From Selaginella moellendorffii (Eukaryota; Plantae; Lycopodiophyta), in the NCBI RefSeq assembly GCF_000143415.4, contig NW_003314261.1:2429266-2493265 (forward strand): a stretch of 64,000 nt of DNA. Direction: 5' to 3'. The position numbers and the translations under genes were made by a program. The notes below the pieces were generated by a model, which was not told the origin of the DNA, did no database searches, and was given only the letters and a program-made list of their open reading frames with translations. This document shows positions 1 to 13,688 of this stretch, piece after piece. Positions within the stretch are counted from its first letter, which is position 1, and each line of letters begins with the position of its first letter.

Positions 1-3000
1 AGGGCGTCTTGCATTTGCCCTAGAGGGATTGGCGGTAGTGGCGGCATTGGCGCGGCGGCCTCCTCGTCCCAGGCGCTGCGTTCCTCGGCTCGGCGGAGGA
101 AGAGAGTGGCGCTTTGCTGTGGATCGCCGCTCCTCGGTCAGTATTTCGATTCTACTTAGATCCTTAGCTTAGGCGCTCCTAGAGATTGGATTGGAGAGTC
201 GGATTTCCTTCCTCTGTGGAAAATGTGGAAAATCTCTGTCCTGAGCGTTTCTTGCTTCTTTGTGTGGCAGGAAGAGCGTTATCGTTGAGCTGCCACGTTC
301 ACGGGAAACACTATTCACGACCGTCAAGTAAAAAAGTTTTTTTTTTAAATGGTAGTCTCACTCCTTTATTTCTCAGCGAGGGTGTCTTGCGCGGATCCTG
401 TCTCTCCGGCAGAATCTACAGCGGCCTCGACGGCAACCGCTTCGAAGGATTTACTGGAGCCTAGCAAGGCAGATCACAGCATGGAAGAGCAGACCATGGA
501 GATTGCCAAGCAAATCCAGGTATGGACAATGTTTCGCCCGTCAAGCGAGTATAGATTTTAATGTATGGCGTCGGGTAGATGTTGTGGGCGTGCAAACTCA
601 GATTGCTCCTTGCCTATTTTACCCGCGAGCGAACTAGTTTTTCCTCCGTGGTTCGTATACGTCCTGCACAACTGACGCTTTTAGTCATCAGCACCTTTCT
701 GTTTCGTGCTTGCTTAACTAACAGTGGAGACTTAGTGGGACTGTACTGTATCTGATTTATTTCGCTCTCTCTCGTTTTGCAAATCATGTTTTACTTATTC
801 TGTTTAACTTCAGGCTTTTAGAGATGGAAGTTTGAAGTTGAAAGAACAGGATGCCGCGCTTCCCAAAGTTGTTCCTCCCCCGGGTGATGGCCAGCGTATC
901 TACGAAATCGATCCGTACCTTAAAAACTACCGAGATCATCTAGAGTACAGGTAATTGCAAAAGTTTTATGTGGTGAAATGTGTCTTAAAGCTGGCTGGCG
1001 GTTTTAGGTACTCACAGTACAAGGCGAAAGTTGATGCGATCAACAAGCACGAAGGAGGCCTAGAGGCTTTTTCGAGGGGCTATGAGAAGTTCGGCTTTAA
1101 TCGAACGTATGCTTCAAAGCATCTTTAATGGTGTGATTGACTAGGATATTTGTCCGGATATTTTATTCATGCTGTCTTTGCAGTGCCGCTGGTATCACGT
1201 ATCGCGAGTGGGCACCCGCAGCGAAATCAGCATCTCTCATGGGGGATTTTAACAACTGGAATCCAAATGCAGACATGATGAAAAAGGTGCGACAAAACGC
1301 TTTAGTTTTGCTGCTCATACCTTGGCCGAGTTTTTACAGAACGAGTACGGAGTATGGGAGCTTTTCCTACCCAACAATGCAGATGGTTCTGCTGCGATTC
1401 CTCATGGGTCCAGAGTGAAGGTATGGCATTTTCTGTCGTAGCATTTGTCGACTGTGTAGTGTATCTATCCTACAGATTCACATGGAAACTGCATCTGGTG
1501 TTAAAGATGCTATTCCAGCATGGATCAAGTTTGCAGTTCAAGCACCGGGCGAAATTCCCTACAATGGAATTTATTATGATCCTCCACCTGAGGTTTACTT
1601 TCTGTTTTATCCCACGTCCGATGTTGTGACTCTGCCCTACCACAGGAACGATATGAGTTCAAGCATCCACGTCCTAAACGGCCCAATTCCTTGCGAGTAT
1701 ATGAAGCTCATGTTGGAATGAGCAGTACGGTTTGTATCTCTGACTTCAAAAATAAAGTCCTTTAGAAGCATGAATCTCTCTGTTTGCAGGAGCCGAAAGT
1801 AAACTCTTACTCTGCGTTTAGAGATGATGTGCTACCTCGAATCAAAGGGCTCGGATACAATGCCGTGCAGCTCATGGCGGTTATGGAGCACGCGTACTAT
1901 GGGAGTTTCGGGTAAATTTCGACAGTGGAAGGCATTGTTGTGGCTAACGTCGTGTCATTTGTTGCAGGTATCACATCACAAACTTTTTCGCTGTGAGCAG
2001 CAGATGTGGAACTCCTGACGAGTTGAAGAGTTTAATAGACAAGGCTCACGAGCTTGGGCTTTTTGTGTTGATGGACGTTGTTCACAGGCAAGTGACGGTT
2101 CTCTTTACTTTATTTTGACTGACGACGTTGGAGACAACAGCCACTGCTCAAACAATGTGCTGGACGGGCTAAATATGTTCGACGGAACTGACTCGCAGTA
2201 TTTTCATTCTGGAGCTCGTGGATATCATTGGATGTGGGATTCGCGGTTATTTGATTACAGTAGCTGGGAGGTACGCACTACATAATGGACATAGTACAGG
2301 CGTGCCTTTTTATTCTTGTCTCTTTTAGGTGTTAAGGTTCTTACTTTCTAATCTTCGATGGTGGATGGAAGAGTACAAATTTGATGGATTCAGATTTGAT
2401 GGCATCACTTCAATGATGTATACACATCATGGATTGCAGGTTAGTGTTCTGTCATATCTCGACAGTTTCGATTCATTTTTTCTTTTTTTTGTGTATCAGA
2501 TGACTTTTACCGGACAGTACTCAGAATATTTTGGAATGACTACCGATGTGGATGCCGTGGTTTACCTTATGCTTGCCAACGATTTGCTTCACGCATTGTA
2601 CCCGCAGACGATAACCGTTGCAGAAGATGTAACTTTTATTTTTTCTTTTTCCCCTGTTGTACTAATGCACTTTTTGGTATGTATATCAGGTGAGTGGAAT
2701 GCCGACATTATGTATTCCAGTTGCCGATGGTGGCATAGGTTTCGATTATCGGCTCCAAATGGCTATTGCTGACAAATGGATAGACATATTGGAGAAGTAA
2801 GATTCCTTGCAACTTGATTGGGGTGATTTACACTTTCTGTGTTTTCTTTTTCTTTTGTTTTTTTTTCAGATTAAAAGACGAAGAATGGAACATGGGGAAC
2901 ATCGTGTTTACATTAACCAATCGTCGATGGATGGAAAAATGTATTTCGTATGCTGAAAGTCACGACCAAGCACTCGTTGGGGACAAAACTTTGGCTTTTT

Positions 3001-4045
3001 GGCTGATGGACAAGGTAAATGCTAGATTCATGTTTGCTGTCACCAATGCACTTGATGAACAGGATATGTACGATCATATGGCTCTCGATCGTCCCTCTAC
3101 TCCTCGGATCGATCGTGGAATAGCTCTTCATAAGATGATTCGATTGATTACCATGGCTTTAGGAGGAGAAGGTTATCTTAACTTTATGGGGAATGAATTT
3201 GGACACCCAGGTAATCGTGGATGCTACTGTAATTTGTTTCTTTGTTTTTAACTCTTTCTCGTTGTGTACAGAGTGGATTGATTTTCCACGGTCTGATCAA
3301 AAGCTTCCTAATGGGAAGTTTGTGCCGGGGAACAAGAACAGTTTTGATAAGTGTCGCAGACGTTTCGATCTGGTACGTATCGTATTAATTGAAATAGGAG
3401 TTTCTTACGCGCTTGTTGTGGACGTTGCAGGGTGATGCGGACTACCTAAGGTATCGAGGCCTTCAGGAATTTGATCGCGCGATGCAACAACTCGAGGCAA
3501 AATACGAGGTACGGAAAGCGGATCAAATGAACTAGACCTATATTGCCTTTCTTGTGACCAGTTTATGGTAGCACCTCACGAGTACGTCTCCCGGAAGAAC
3601 GAAGGCGACAAGATCATTGTGTTTGAGAAGGGAGACCTGGTGTTCGTGTTTAACTTCCACTGGCAGAAAAGCTACACAGACTACCGTGTCGGGTGTCTCA
3701 AGCCGGGGAACTACAAGGTATGCCGCTTCCAGCTTCTTTCGTCTTCCTCATTCTCGTTTTGGTTAGGTTGTGTTGGACACTGACGAGCGACTATTTGGTG
3801 GATTTGGAAGGCTAGATCATTCGGCGGTCTTCCACACAAATGTGAGTCCAAAACAACACAACTTGGTAGAGGCTGATCTTTTGGATTTGATCAAACAGGA
3901 GGGGTGGTATGACGATCGACCACAATCGTTCCAAGTTTACTCTCCCTGCCGCACTGCTGTTGTCTACGCGCCGGTAGTTCCCGAGAGTCAATCCGTCGAT
4001 GAACCGCTGGAGGCGCAAACCAGCATTCCCATTCATAACTTGTGA
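1..4045 (+). CDS. SBE2: Starch branching enzyme (GH13, SBEII-type), multi-exon; 5' end probably starts before the window
   Basis: Exon peptides [31 protein letters not shown] (catalytic Asp), [41 protein letters not shown]; stop at 4043-4045. Confidence 0.95.
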
Positions 4046-4154
4046 CTTCGCGCCTAAAATTTGTATTTCAAAAAGATTCTTGGTATATTACTTTTGCTTA
4101 TCGGAATCGAACCTCGACCAAGTTGTGTTTTAGGGTTTATCGCAGAGAGTGGCG

Positions 4155-4946
4155 ATGGCGGATTCTTCGTGGGACGATGCCGCTCTCATCACCGCTTTCA
4201 ACTCCGCGGTCGGGAAATATCAGGTGAGAAGCCGATGCTCCCCCCCGATCAATGCGGATCTTATCGATTCTTTCTTGCCAGGAGAGGCATAGCTCGAAGG
4301 AGTCCGATGGAAAATCTTCGTAAGTTATTCCAGTGTGCGATCGTTTGATCCTTGTTTCTTGCGTTTCTCTAGACACCAGGAGAAGATCGAGAGTGCAAGC
4401 CAGCAAGATCAAGCGGCGGCGGAGGGATCGTCCCAGCACGCGGATTCTTCGTTCGTGGATCCTTCTTCATACTATCCATATCCATATCCACAGCCTCATC
4501 CCTCATATCCATACCCGGCATTTGTGTATCCAGTCCCTGCCTATGCTTGCGCTCCTCCGCCAAGCCATTGCTGCCACCACTCGTGCTGTCACTCGAGCTC
4601 TACTCAATCTTCTCGCTCGGATGATCCATCTTTCGAGACGCTCAAGCTCGCAATTCTACAATCTCTCTCGCAGCTACCACCAGGTACAATTTTTCCATTT
4701 GTTCTTAGCTTTTCTTGCGATTCTTCCAGTCGTTCTAGATTCATTCTCACGAATTCTCACGAATTCTCACGCGTTTTATTGTTTTGTTTCTTAGACAAGC
4801 AACTATCGCTCGAGGACAATGCCGAAGTTCTCATCGCTTGGTTCAATGCAGGATTTCGCACTGCAAGGTATGCAAAGCTCAAGAGGAGTTTTGGTTCCCT
4901 CACTTCGCGATCTTTTCCGTGCAGCCACTTGTACAAACAAGCATAG
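4155..4946 (+). CDS. Survival-motor-neuron (SMN)-like protein, multi-exon
   Basis: N-terminal MADSSWDDAALITAFNSAV (Gemin2-binding WDD motif), Pro/Tyr-rich middle, C-terminal LIAWFNAGFRTA (degenerate YG box). Confidence 0.75.
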
Positions 4947-5226
4947 GTTACTTTAAAGACGATCTATAAGATTAGCGAAAATCAAAAACCATGATCCGTC
5001 CATTTCGGTGGATCCGACGCGGCAAGCATCCAACGGTGATGTGGTTGCTCGTTATTTTTCTCTCTTTTCCGTGGCTTTCTCTCTCACAGATCGCCATCAC
5101 GGGTAGTACCCATTTCTCTTTTTCTAATTTATTGGGCCGAGCGTTGGTTGGATCAGGGCTTTCTTCCTAGGGTTCGTGGCGAGAGAGCGCGGAAGTGGAT
5201 GATCACAACGACGCTGATCCTCCAAA

Positions 5227-5779
5227 ATGGTACTCCTTTCCTTTTTCTTTTGCCTACATTTACTCCAAATCTCTTAATGCTGCAGACCAGCGAGTCGAAA
5301 AAGGAGGCTTTCAGGAAATATTTGGAGGCGAGTGGAGTGCTCGATTCGCTAACAAAAGGTCTGTTTGTTTTTCCTCTCTTCCCTTGGTCTGATCAAGCGA
5401 GTGTGTGTGGCAGTTCTTGTCGCTCTGTATGAAGAGAATGATAAGCCTCCTCTAGCGATAGAGTAAGTCTTTCATCGCTCTTCCTTTCTCACATTACTCT
5501 GATCCTCTACGTGTTCTCATTCCAGTTTCATTCAGCATAACTTAGGCGGTTACACGAATGAGGAATACACCAAGCTCAAGGGTGAGAGGGACGAGCTCCA
5601 GCTTAAATACAATGAGCTAGTCGCGGCGCACGAAGAGCTTGGTAGAAAGGTAGAACTCGCCTACGGATTATCAAGTCGAGACTCATATGCTTCCTTTGGA
5701 TCCACAGTTTGAGGAGCTCCAATTGCAGCTTCCTCCTCCCGAGGAGGCACCCCCAGTTGAAGGAGCTCCACCAGCATAG
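5227..5779 (+). CDS. c-Myc-binding protein (MYCBP/AMY-1)-like, multi-exon
   Basis: ATG|gt intron, then TSESKKEAFRKYLEASGVLDSLTK VLVALYEE..KP motif and a coiled coil; stop 5777-5779. Confidence 0.85.
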
Positions 5780-5896
5780 GAGATCAAAATCACAGGGTCA
5801 CTAGTTCTTTTGAATCATAACACGCTCTAATACATTTGGATGGAGAAGCTTAAACCTTTTGTGTATATCGTCTTGGAAAGAATCTAACTTGAAAAT

Positions 5897-8140
5897 CTAA
5901 GCTCGCAATGGCTGTGACGAGCTTCCTTCCACCAAACTTAAATACTCGGCAATAGCATTGCCTTCTAGAGTTACTTCTAGATCATACTCCTCGTAAGCAT
6001 CTCCTGTCACGTTCCCTGCCATCTCATCTTCCATTTCTACATCGCGAACTTGTGCTTGATCCTCCTCGGCAGCAGCCCCGTGTTCTTGTGCTTGTTCCTG
6101 TTGTTCTTCATCTTCTTGTCCTTCACCCATCACTGCCGCTTCATTGCTACTGTTTCCCTCCGCAATAAGCTTTTCCAAGGCCTGGGCCACACCACCCGAT
6201 GACTGAAGAGCAGCGGTGGCTGTAACACACGACATGAAAAACTCTCTAAAGTCCACCACTCGTTCATGAATTTACCTCTCTCCCTGGAGAAGCCCATTTG
6301 CATCAAGGCTGACACGTCGGCGTTGCTAACCCCCCTCCGCGTCGTGGAGGAAGAAAGCACCGACTGCAGAGCTTCCAGATGCGCTGGATTGGTAAGAATG
6401 TCGATCGCCAGGCCGGTGTTATTGTCAGTTTGCTTGAGCGCTTCAGCAATCAGAAGCTTGTCATATCTGACGAGAACAAATAGAAAACGAAAGCTCAGCT
6501 TTAGAAGTCACCAAGAGCTTACCCAAGGGGGACTAGTTCATTTAGCTGCTTCAAATCCACTGCCTTGCCCGATCTGGTTTTCCCGTAACGCCTTTGCTCG
6601 CTTTGACGCATGATTAGAACGTGTTAGTTAATAATGCCACGAATTCTCACCGTGCTCACCGCAAGTTCTCTCTGTGTTGTTTGTCTTCGGCACGTTTCCG
6701 TTTCTCGATATCCCTTTGCTCCATGACAAACTCCACAGCACGGTCCACATCTTGCCCCGACACTCTCAAGCCCCGCTTCGCTTCCTTCGTAGTGAATCCC
6801 ATATCAGCTAGTATTACCAAAGATTCATCAGGTACTTGCAGCTGTATAAAAGATTAAACTTTCAAGGGTCACAAGTGACAGGAAAATCGTACCTTGAGAA
6901 ACTTTTGCTGGGCGGCTTCAAGCGACGCGCGTGCAGCGTCGACGAGTCCACTGTGGAATGCCACAACGCCTTCTAGCAGCTCCAGCCGAACATATCTACG
7001 AAAGCAAAGAGAAGAAAGATATCAGACCATGGGTCTAAAAGCCAAGACACGAATCCGAAAGTAAAAGATAATGAGGCACCAGAAAGAAAAAAGAAAAAAA
7101 AACACGAAGGACTTTTGCACGCGACCAGTCTGACTCCAAAGACCATACATAGCGAGCTCTGGACAGAATCCTCCTTGTAAAACACGCAAGCGCTCCAGAT
7201 TTGCGCCGTGCGCACGTTTGAGCCCTCTCCGTGCTTCGGCCAGTCGCTCTTTAGCAACACCGAGTCCTCCAATGTCACGCAACATGAACAAGCACCACAC
7301 CATGTCAATTTGTAAGAATGGCAGATTGTCGACATGCTGAAAAGAAGTGTAAAGTCTCTAGACGAAGGAAGAAGTAAACAGTTGGGTATTACCTCGATCA
7401 TACTCCTGTCGCACAATAAAAACGATTCCTGTGGAAAGAGAGTGAGGGAATTATCTCAAGCATTGCTAATCCTTACCTCTGCAAATGCCAGGACTTCCAA
7501 TGCTTCCCTGTACTGGCTTGCTTCGATGAGCTTCCGGGCCTTTGCATGAAGTATCAGACCCATCACGAGAGCCCTGAGAAAACAAATTCATACGAACACA
7601 AAGGTGGTCAGTGCTTGCATGATCCAACTCAAGCCCACCTTCTATCACTGTCACTTTTGAAATGCAAAGCTTCGCCATTTTGATTGAAAAGAGAGAGATC
7701 GTAGTCACCCATCGATGAGAAATCTTCATTGCTTCTGCTGGCCATTGCCTCCGCAGCAGCTCTGCCAGAGCACGAAACCACGCTTTCAAAGAACCGATCG
7801 ATGCAAAAGGAATTGTTTCCCACCTGATCCTTGCGAGCCGCTCGGCTTTCTCACACTCGCGAATCACCGGCGCCGCTTGCTCCCTCCCAATCCGGGTCAT
7901 CAGCAGCTTGGAATTCGCATGTAGCCCCAGATCGCGCAGATTATCGGCGTCCCTGAGATTCCTGCCCGCACTGATGAGATTGATCGACTGGACATCGAAA
8001 CCTGACACCCGGGACGCCTCTGCGCGCAATTCCGCGACGCTCCACCTCTGGATCGGGACGCGGAGGATGCCGGACCAAGCGCCAGCCACGCGCAGCGCCG
8101 ATTCCTCGCCATCGCCAGCACTAGCACCATCACCCCCCAT
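5897..8140 (-). CDS. NEDD8 ultimate buster 1 (NUB1)-like UBL/UBA protein, multi-exon
   Basis: N-terminal ubiquitin-like INLISAGRNL, MVWCLFMLRD..HGANLERLR, UBA repeats (LADMGF, LMQMGFSRE), C-terminal GDAYEEYDLEVTLEGNAIAEYLSL. Confidence 0.85.
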
Positions 8141-8592
8141 CTTCCAATAAACCCTAATCGCCAAAGCCCTATTGCAAACTTTTTACTCAAGGGTAAAGAT
8201 GAAAACCCCGGGTAAAATTTCTGTCCCATGTACCACACATTCACAGAACATTGCTGTATCTCAGGGAGGCACATCAATGTAGCTTCTTTATAGACAATCT
8301 ATCTCATAGATAGCCTTTAGAGGCTTCCTTTAGAAACTCTATTAGACTAGAACACTCTTTTGTAAGAGAAAACTAAGAGAATGTGATCCTTCCTCTCTAT
8401 TTTCTTCAAATGTACATTAGCTACATCGCCTCGGATTTCTCAAACTAGATTCTTTCCCTCGTCTAGAAACACAGTTACGGTTAGAGCATACTTATTAAAA
8501 TATCTCATCTCAATCTATGATTTCTATGATCGATGAAGAAAACGAAGAAGGGAGTAGTAATATAGCAGTAGTAGCATAGTAGCAGTAGCGAT

Positions 8593-9280
8593 TCACGGAT
8601 TGAACAGCTTGTTGCCACACTTGCACCTCCAGCCCTCGGGTTTGTAGTTGGAGTACTCAACACTGACCTGTTGGTGGTGTTGGTGGTGTTCTTGGTGTTC
8701 TTCTTGTTGGTGTTCGTGTTCTTGACGGTGTTCTCGGCGATGTTCTCGCTTCCGTGGTACGACCGGGGATTTGCGCTCGATGGGCGTGGGGACTTGCACT
8801 GCCTGGCACGGGATGCATCGGTTGCATTTGTTCTGGCAGCTCGGAGGCCGAGATCCGATGTTGCTGCTCATCTCGGCCAGGCTTTGCTGGCTCGCCTGGA
8901 CGGCCTGGCATGGAGTGCACGAGTCACACTTGTTGATGCAGCTCGGGGGCCGCGATCCGATCCTCGATGCTGCTGTTCTTCGCGCTGCTGCTTGCTGCTG
9001 AGAAACGAACGGAAACAGGAAAAGAAACGGGGAAAAACAAAGTAAGTTTCTCGATCCACAGAGTTTTTGAAAGGTTGTTTCACTCACTTGATTTCTTACT
9101 TGCAGTGAGGAGGTGTCATGAGGTCCTACAAATCCATTCTCCCAAGCTACAAGAACCAGAAAGAGGAAGAGGTTTTGTCCGAAAGTTTTCAAGGAGGAGA
9201 ATTTTTTTACCTGGCCTGCCCGTTGTCTCGCAGCAGCTGACCAAAAAAATGAAGAGAATTGTGCTCAACTTCACCAACAT
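8593..9280 (-). CDS. EPIDERMAL PATTERNING FACTOR-LIKE (EPFL1/2-type) secreted Cys-rich peptide with a duplicated N-terminal module
   Basis: Signal-peptide exon MLVKLSTILFIFLVSCC; GSRPPSC..C..C.PC.AVQ occurs twice; C-terminal YSNYKPEGWRCKCGNKLFNP. Confidence 0.9.
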
Positions 9281-10745
9281 GCTACACTGGCATCCTTGTT
9301 ATTAATGAGAGAAGGAGAAAAAAGAATCAATCTCTCCTGTTTTCTTTTTCTTCCTTCCCTGTTCAAGATGCTATTTGTCTGCCCTGCCTCCTGCTCCTGT
9401 TTGTTCCCTTCTGCTGCTGATTTCTACCCAAGAGATCATGCATATATGGAATGAGCTCCAAAAACAATTACTGCCTACAACAGAAGAGGACACACCATAC
9501 AGAGAAAGACAGAGAAAAAAACTCCCAAACTCTCAAGAAACGCTATGATCTCCCCTTGAAGTCATAATAACTGGCACATCCAACCTTTCTTCTCCTCCTT
9601 CCAAGCCCCGTTCCTTCTTGCTGCCAGTCTTTGCATCATGTCTCCCTCTTGGGCTGCCTTGCCACATTGAACAAACAAAAGAACACAGACTTTAATCAAC
9701 ACCAATCTGATGACAATTGGTTACCAGCTACTAAACCATCTTTCCTGGATCCTAATATCACTGCTGAGCCTCCTTTCTTGCACCTGTGCCTTCACATTGT
9801 TACACCATGATGCAATGCAGTGTGTGTGCTGAATCCAGACAATCCACTTGGGCTCCCTAAAGCTACAAAATTTAACAAACTTCACCTGATCATCTCTCTC
9901 CTTTCTTTCCTCCTTCTTTATACACTTTTAATCTAGTTTTTTTCCCTCCTCACCAACACCCAGTCTCTGATTGATTGATTGATATGTGTTGTATGAATCT
10001 GTCTCTGGGGGAGCTGTCCTTTTCTCATCTGACTCAACCTAGAGGTTAGCCACTGGGCCACCTATTCCATAGGCTCCTCTAGTGTGTACCTCTCCTTTTC
10101 ACATGTTTTATCTTATTGCTTATTCCCAAATCTGTGTATAAAAAGAGCTCATGGTATAAGATACACACCAGCAATCTTGCTCTACATACCTGCTGCAGTT
10201 GCTTGTGTATAAATAGCGAGAGCATATATGGGTGTGAATGGGACATGCTACTGGTGGGAAACTTGAGCCTCAAAAAAGCACACTTTCAGACACATTCAGA
10301 TTGCAGGCCAACACAACATTGAAATTCGTGCCCCTCTTCTTCTATATTGTGTGAATCTCGAGCCCTACAATTTGTACCTAAAGACAGGGCAGAAGAAATC
10401 GAAATCGATTTATCCTGAGCACCAGAATCTGTTCACACTTCCAAAATTTAACTGCCACAGATGCGGTGACTTTAGGGTTGCCACCTTTTTTGTTACCATA
10501 AAAAGCAGATAAGATACACATTGATTTACTGTTCACACTGGAAGTGCTCTCCTTTTATACGCTTCATTAGAAAGAGAAAGCTGTCGCCGTTAGCACCAGA
10601 GGTAGATTCCGACCACCACACTGTTAAACAGCATATATAAAAATGCCTACGCGCTTACGCTGTAATTGCGAGCGAGCGAGAGAGAGAGAGAGAGGAGAGA
10701 TGGCGAGCCACAAGGTTGTGCTATGCAACCTCCCCATCCTTTAAA

Positions 10746-13688
10746 TTACGAGACGGTGCGTCCATAGCTCACAGCCGCGATGTAGAGGTTCTTGGACCAC
10801 TTCTCCTGCGAGGAACAATGGCGTGCGTCAGTAAGATCCCAGAAGAGAAAACAATTAAGGCAGTGTTGTGGACCTTCACATGCGTGCTAGGAAAGGCCGA
10901 TGTTCTCAGTGTCTCCTGTGTCTCGTCGGCAGGCTTTCTCCGCGGCACGCTCAATACGAATGCTGCTTGATCCCAAGTTGCCGCAGTGGCGGTGATGCGA
11001 TATCCACAATCCCACCGCCGGTGGATGCCTTCGCTGGGATAGAGGAAATCCAGCTCCACTACCTGTGTAATGCATATAGCGCTGTCAAACAAGTGTGCGA
11101 AGCCCGAATGGATTAACAGACCTGGTCCGTGAAACCAGCGTTTCTCGACATGACCACTCCCCAGCGGGTTCCAGCGGTCGCCATGGAAGTCACGTAAAAC
11201 CCTTCCCTCCACTTTTTGTTGATCCACTTGAACGGAAATGAATCGCTCACTTTGTACGATTGTTGCGTGTATGGTGTCCCTGCGGGGGAAACACGCGTCA
11301 GCGACAATGCCAGTGGCCATCAATAACAGCGACAATACCTTTTGACATGACAACCAGCGAGCTGCCGTTGTTGGCTCCTGCAATGGCACTAATGTAGAAG
11401 TTTTTCTCCCATTGTTCCATGATCCACTCCTGCCGAGGAGAATGAGCTATGAAGATTACTAAAGTTAAGCAAGATGTGCTAACCTTGTGAAGGAAGACGT
11501 TGGAGAGCTCGTACACTTGAGATTGAAAGCCTGTTCCCGCGTCCATAATCAGCGCCCAGAGATTTGAGCACGAAGCCACGCTACTGATGTAAAGCCCATC
11601 CTCGTTGCCTTTCTCCACATGTTGAGCTAATCGAGAATCGGCTACATTATAGTGGTACCTATAAAAGCAACAAAAGCTCCAGCTTCAGAGGCATACCATT
11701 AAAAACAGTTTTTACCTCTGCTTCATCGCCCTGCGTGCATTGTAGACGGTAATCCATTGAGTTGCTGGAAGCCCAAGTCGGATTTTCTTTTTGGGCTGAT
11801 CGTCGTCATCTTCTTCCACAGCCAGCCTATTTCGTTTCTGACCAACCTGAGAACGAAACAAACCTTATGACCAATACGATCAAAGTTAAAAACCGCATAC
11901 CTTCAATGCACCTTCCGTGCTAATAGGCCTGACAGCGGGGTTAGGCCCCAAGACGCCGTCAAAAAGACTGATAAGCTTCGCGTAGTTTGGTGCTTCATCG
12001 AACTTCATATTTACAACGATTTCCAAAAACTGCTTGAATGGAGGCGGGCAGAAACAGCACAACATCTCCGGGGATGTGGCCATTTTCTTTTTGCAGACCA
12101 GAAATCCTTTATTGTCTCCCTATAAAAGCGCCCATGTAAAACATAAAACTAATATATTAAAACAGCCTGACCTGGTATCCTTGCCAAGGAAGCCGACCAC
12201 GAAGGAGAAACACCAGCGTGTATCCAAGAGATTCCAGATCATCTCGTCTACTGCCAGTACGACCCAAATGTGCATGCACGCTTGCATACCGCACAGTTCC
12301 ACTGCAACAAAGAGAGAAACTTAGAACGCCTAGTCTTTGACAAGCACCTGTACATACCGAAAAACATCGGGTCTCTGGTCATAATCGACATGACTCCCAC
12401 TTTCTGGCTCTCTCCATTTTGTTGCTGGAGCAGAACGAACAAAACGTTAACATGAAAACATAACTTGAAGTGAAGTGCCTACCTAACCCTAGATCCACAA
12501 GGAACAACTTCTTCTCGTCAACAGTACCAGGTTGACCTAGCAAGAAATTCTCTGGCTTCACATCTCCGTGAACATAGCCCCGCGAATGCATTTTATCAAG
12601 TATCGAAATAGCCTCCACCGCAATACAGGCAACCATTTCAGTAGACATGCTGTTAAAAAAATTGGCAGATTAGGACGAGAGAGGCGAAAGAGCTACTTAC
12701 GCTTGTCCTGACGAGTTCCACACATCCCACAAGCTAGGCCCAAGCATGTCCATAACCATTACGTAGTAATCTCCTTGACGCCCCTTATGGTGCACTCGAG
12801 GCACGCCATAGCTGCCACCAAGTGTACTGCAAACATAAAACACGATAGCTTAGAAACAAAACACAAAGAAAAAAAAAGCCAAAACAATGCTACATACGTG
12901 TAAACTTGCCACTCATACGGAGGCCCATAGTTGCATCCTTTACTGCTTCTGTGTTCAAACTTCAAAGCAACCTGACAACATCTTTGATCAGCCGCTGAGA
13001 AAAGAGCCAATCCAACTGAGCAAATCTTCGAACAGTCTACCTCAACAGCCTGAGGGCCTGTACGTTCCGAGCCGCCACTAAGCCTCCGTCCTACATATAC
13101 TTGACCAAAGCCACCTTTTCCAAGCTTCCTCTCGATCTTATATACAGGAGAGCCTCCAACTTGGACCTGCAAGCCACAAACTCGTATTAGCTTTGCCCAC
13201 ATTTTGTATTTCGCGAAAGGACTTACTCTCTCCGGAAGCGGTGACGCGTTCTCTTCGCCTTCGGCAACCTTGTCCCCGCTTCTCCCAGCGCTCTCCTCCT
13301 CCATCTGGTGCTCTTCCCTTACGGCAGCAGCCCCACTCCCCTTTTCCAAGTCAGGAAGCTCCTCTTCCTCGCCCTGATCAGCGGCAGCGGGCTCCGGTGG
13401 TTGCACCAATGCCTGCGGCCGAGCAGCGACTTGTTTACCCCTGCCTCTCCCACGACCCCGGGCAGCCTTGGGCGCTGCGGCACGCTTGCCTCGTGGCCTC
13501 ACGGCGGCGCCTTGTTCCTCCTCTTCTTCTCGTCGAGCGGCAGTAGCCCTCTTCCTCGGAGTAGCAGCCGCTGCCGCCGCGGCAGCAGCCGCGCCCCGCC
13601 TCGTCGTCCTTCGTGTGGTGTTGGCCGCCTTGTCCTCTACACGCGTGCCAGCAGCTGGAGTGCGCGCCCCGCTACGCAGCTCTGGCAT
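10746..13688 (-). CDS. Plant-specific casein kinase 1-like (MLK/PPK/HD16 type), multi-exon
   Basis: MPELRSG start, [30 protein letters not shown]-terminal repeat domain ([30 protein letters not shown]), ends GRTVS. Confidence 0.95.
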
